Origin: Phenylobacterium sp.
GTDB taxonomy: Bacteria; Pseudomonadota; Alphaproteobacteria; Caulobacterales; Caulobacteraceae
NCBI RefSeq assembly: GCF_036677185.1
Contig: NZ_JAKFEN010000027.1
Coordinates: 94,044 to 158,043 of the forward strand
Length of the DNA: 64,000 nucleotides
Direction: 5' to 3'
Below, in pieces: positions 61,634 through 64,000 of this stretch. Below the pieces are notes generated by a model that searched no databases, was not told where the DNA came from, and was given only the letters and a program-made list of their open reading frames with translations. A program made the translations under genes and the position numbers. How positions within the stretch are numbered: position 1 is the first letter of the stretch; every line of letters starts with the position of its first letter.

Positions 61634-62173
61634 TTAGAATTTGCGGACGTAGCCCACCGACCAGACGTCGGCGTCGCCGTCGCCGTCACGGAAATCGTAA
61701 CGGGTGTAGTCGGCGCGGACGCCGTTCTTTTCGTCCAGGAAGTACTGGCCGCCGACGCCATAGTTCCAGCTGTCGCCGTCGGCGCTGGCCGAGGCGCCCG
61801 GCGCGGACGCCTTGATCTCGGTCGTGCCGTAGCCGACGCGAGCATAGAGGTCGGCGTTGGGGGCGACCGGCAGGAAGCCGACGCCGTAGACGGCGAAGCT
61901 GTTCTTCAGCTCGACGTCGACATTGGTGGCGCCGACGCGGACGGTGTCGTCCTTCACGCCGAAGCCGGCTTCACCTTCGACGCCCAGATACTGGCCGAAG
62001 CGGGCGCCGACCCGGCCGGTGATGGCGCCGAGCTTCACGTCGTCGAGGTCGGCGTGGCTGTAGCCAGCCGAACCGTAGAAGGTGGTCGGGCCGAGGTCCT
62101 GGGCCTGGGCCGCCATGGGGAGGGCGGCTGCGGCGATCGCGGCGAAGGCCGCGGCGGTTGCGAGAGACTTCAT
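61634..62173 (-). CDS. Small outer-membrane beta-barrel protein (OmpA-like transmembrane / OMP_b-brl family)
   Basis: 179 aa with the signal peptide MKSLATAAAFAAIAAAALPMAAQA. It has alternating beta-strand patterning and a C-terminal ..VWSVGYVRKF. Confidence 0.8.
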   Translation of the reverse strand: MKSLATAAAFAAIAAAALPMAAQAQDLGPTTFYGSAGYSHADLDDVKLGAITGRVGARFGQYLGVEGEAGFGVKDDTVRVGATNVDVELKNSFAVYGVGFLPVAPNADLYARVGYGTTEIKASAPGASASADGDSWNYGVGGQYFLDEKNGVRADYTRYDFRDGDGDADVWSVGYVRKF

Positions 62174-62397
62174 ATTGTTACTCCGTACTTACTACACTCA
62201 AGCTCCCCAGCCGGGTCGTTAGGTGGGGTGCAAACGCGGCCGGAAAAGGCCGGTTCGCCGGTTTTGCCAAGACCATTCGCGGTTGTGACCTTATGGCCAC
62301 AAGGCCGCTGACCTAGCGTGAAGGCGTGCTATCACTTGCCCCGCAAGCGCCCGCCGGCATACCGGCGACAAGGAGCGCGACGTCGGAGAAGACCATT

Positions 62398-63513
62398 TTG
62401 CATCACGCCGTGATCGCGGCCACCGGGCTCTACACCCCGCCGCACAGCCTCTCGAACACCGAGCTGGTCGAGACCTTCAACGCCTATGTGGACCGCTTCA
62501 ACGCGGCCAACGCCGCCGCCATCGCCGCCGGCGAGACCCCGGCCCTGACCCATTCCTCGCCCGAATTCATCGAGAAGGCCTCGGGCATCAAGTCGCGGTT
62601 CGTGATCGACAAGTCCGGCCTGGTCGACCCCGACGTCATGCGTCCGGTGATCCCTGAGCGGCCGAACGACGAGATCTCGGTGCTGGCGGAAATCGCCGTG
62701 GCCGCGGCCCGTGAGGCCCTCGCGCGCTGGGGAAAGGACCCTTCCCAGATCGACGCGGTGATCTGCGCGGCGTCCAACATGCAGCGGGCCTATCCGGCCA
62801 TGGCCATCGAGGTGCAGCAGGCGCTCGGGATCGAGGGCTTCGCCTTCGATATGAACGTCGCCTGCTCCTCGGCCACCTTCGGGATCAAGACGGCGGCCGA
62901 CTTCGTGGCCTCCGGCTCGGCCCGCGCGGTGCTGATGGTCAATCCGGAGATCTGCTCGGGCCACCTGAACTTCCGCGACCGCGACAGCCACTTCATCTTC
63001 GGCGACGTGGCCACGGCGGTGATCGTGGAGCGGGCCGAGGACGCCACGGATGGGTGGGAGATCCTGGGCACGCGCCTGAAGACGGTGTTCTCCAACAACA
63101 TCCGCAACAATTTCGGCTTCCTCAACCGCGCGGCGCCCGAGGGGATCGGCGCGACCGACAAGCTGTTCGTGCAGGAGGGCCGCAAGGTGTTCCGCGAGGT
63201 GGTGCCGATGGTGGCCGAGATGATCCTCCAGCACGCCGCGGACCTGGGCGTCGACCCCAAGGGGCTGAAGCGCCTCTGGCTGCACCAGGCCAACATCAAC
63301 ATGAACGAGATGATCGGCAAACGCGTCCTGGGCCGCGAGCCCGCGCCCGGCGAGAACGTCATCATCCTGGACGAATACGCCAACACCTCCTCGGCCGGCT
63401 CGATCATCGCCTTTCACAAGGCCAGCGAGGACTTCGCCAGTGGCGAGACCGGGCTGATCTGCTCGTTCGGGGCGGGCTATTCGGCGGGGACCGTGTTCGT
63501 GCGCAAGCGGTAG
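62398..63513 (+). CDS. KAS III-type beta-ketoacyl-ACP synthase, PA3286-like subgroup
   Basis: ..HHAVIAATGLYTPPHSLSNTELVETFNAYVDRFNAANAAAI..FIEKASGIKSRFV..AFDMNVACSSATFGI..NPEICSGHLNFRDRDSHFIFGD..LWLHQANINMN..NTSSAGS.. (Cys-His-Asn triad). It closely follows my memory of Pseudomonas PA3286. The start is taken at the TTG at 62398, preceded by GGAGAA-N7. The ORF track starts at 62326. Confidence 0.8.
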   Translation: MHHAVIAATGLYTPPHSLSNTELVETFNAYVDRFNAANAAAIAAGETPALTHSSPEFIEKASGIKSRFVIDKSGLVDPDVMRPVIPERPNDEISVLAEIAVAAAREALARWGKDPSQIDAVICAASNMQRAYPAMAIEVQQALGIEGFAFDMNVACSSATFGIKTAADFVASGSARAVLMVNPEICSGHLNFRDRDSHFIFGDVATAVIVERAEDATDGWEILGTRLKTVFSNNIRNNFGFLNRAAPEGIGATDKLFVQEGRKVFREVVPMVAEMILQHAADLGVDPKGLKRLWLHQANINMNEMIGKRVLGREPAPGENVIILDEYANTSSAGSIIAFHKASEDFASGETGLICSFGAGYSAGTVFVRKR

Positions 63514-64000
63514 ATGGCGCCGCCCCTCGCCGTTCCGACGCTGCGGTCGCAACGCCTGATCCTGGAGCCGCTGTCGAGCGCCCATTCGGCCGGCATGTTC
63601 GCCCTGTGGTCGCGCCCCGAGGTCTGCGAATACTCGGGCGGGGCCCGCGACCTCGAGGGCCGTCCGATCCGCCTGCCGGCCCAGGCGCCGGAAGACAGCG
63701 ACAAGATCATCGCCTTCTTCGCGCACGGCGCGGCGCGCGGCGCGCGGTTCCGCTGGGCGATGCTGACGCGCGACGACCGCAGCTTCGTGGGCGCCATCGG
63801 CTTCAACGCCCTGGGCGCCTGCTCCGAGCTCGCCTACCACGTGCGCCCGGAATACTGGGGCCAGGGCCTGATGACCGAGGCGGCGGTCCTGGCGGTCAAC
63901 TGGCTGCGTCAACGCCCGGGCGCGGTTGAGGTCGAGGCCTTCGTCGAACCGGCCAACCTCGCCTCCGTCCGGCTGGCGGAACGCCTGGGCCTGAGCGCCA
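63514..64000 (+). CDS. GNAT-family N-acetyltransferase (RimJ/RimL-like), 3' end beyond the window
   Basis: It is absent from the ORF track because it stays open to the window end. The ATG at 63514 gives MAPPLAVPTLRSQRLILEPLSSAHSAGMFALWSRPEVCEYSGG....WAMLTRDDRSFVGAIGFNAL...SELAYHVRPEYWGQGLMTEAA.AV..W......VEAFVEPANLASVRLAERLGL. Confidence 0.75.
   Translation, partial: MAPPLAVPTLRSQRLILEPLSSAHSAGMFALWSRPEVCEYSGGARDLEGRPIRLPAQAPEDSDKIIAFFAHGAARGARFRWAMLTRDDRSFVGAIGFNALGACSELAYHVRPEYWGQGLMTEAAVLAVNWLRQRPGAVEVEAFVEPANLASVRLAERLGLSA

Overview
High-GC chromosomal segment, by eye high-60s %GC (not computed). The gene content points to an alphaproteobacterium of the Caulobacter/Phenylobacterium type: multiple flagellins with flaF/flbT/flaG, periplasmic Cu/Zn SodC, an HWE histidine kinase, and GTTC-N7-GTTC SOS boxes. 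Most of the window is core housekeeping: tamAB, cysTWA, tRNA-Lys, queA-tgt, two cyclophilins, coaD, gyrA and ssb. There is also a flagellin/regulator cluster at 25.9-33.3 kb and many small stress, detoxification and regulator genes. Most ORF-track entries are antisense or off-frame artefacts of the high GC content, so I kept one coding frame per locus. I found no rRNA, CRISPR array, transposase or integrase. The best candidate for an undescribed system is a visibly lower-GC islet at 41.4-43.3 kb. There an orphan ParD-type RHH gene heads a tightly overlapping operon with a 36-codon ORF, a 2-TM protein and a membrane-anchored protein that has a HEPN-like Rx6H C-terminus. Next to it lies an isolated terminase-small-subunit-like gene behind a LexA-type box. 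Other observations include three promoters sharing TGTCG-N18-CGTCC around a long ECF sigma/YciI pair. There are also sigma54 promoters with dyad enhancers for two near-identical flagellin genes, and a circularly permuted ATP-grasp/alpha-E/transglutaminase trio with a poly-Gln tail. Further items are a large FlaEY-like beta-propeller protein, an HD/PTP/NrtR-like trio, nested palindromic repeats and a 17-nt tandem repeat. All functional calls come from reading the translated sequences and recalling family motifs; no searches were run.
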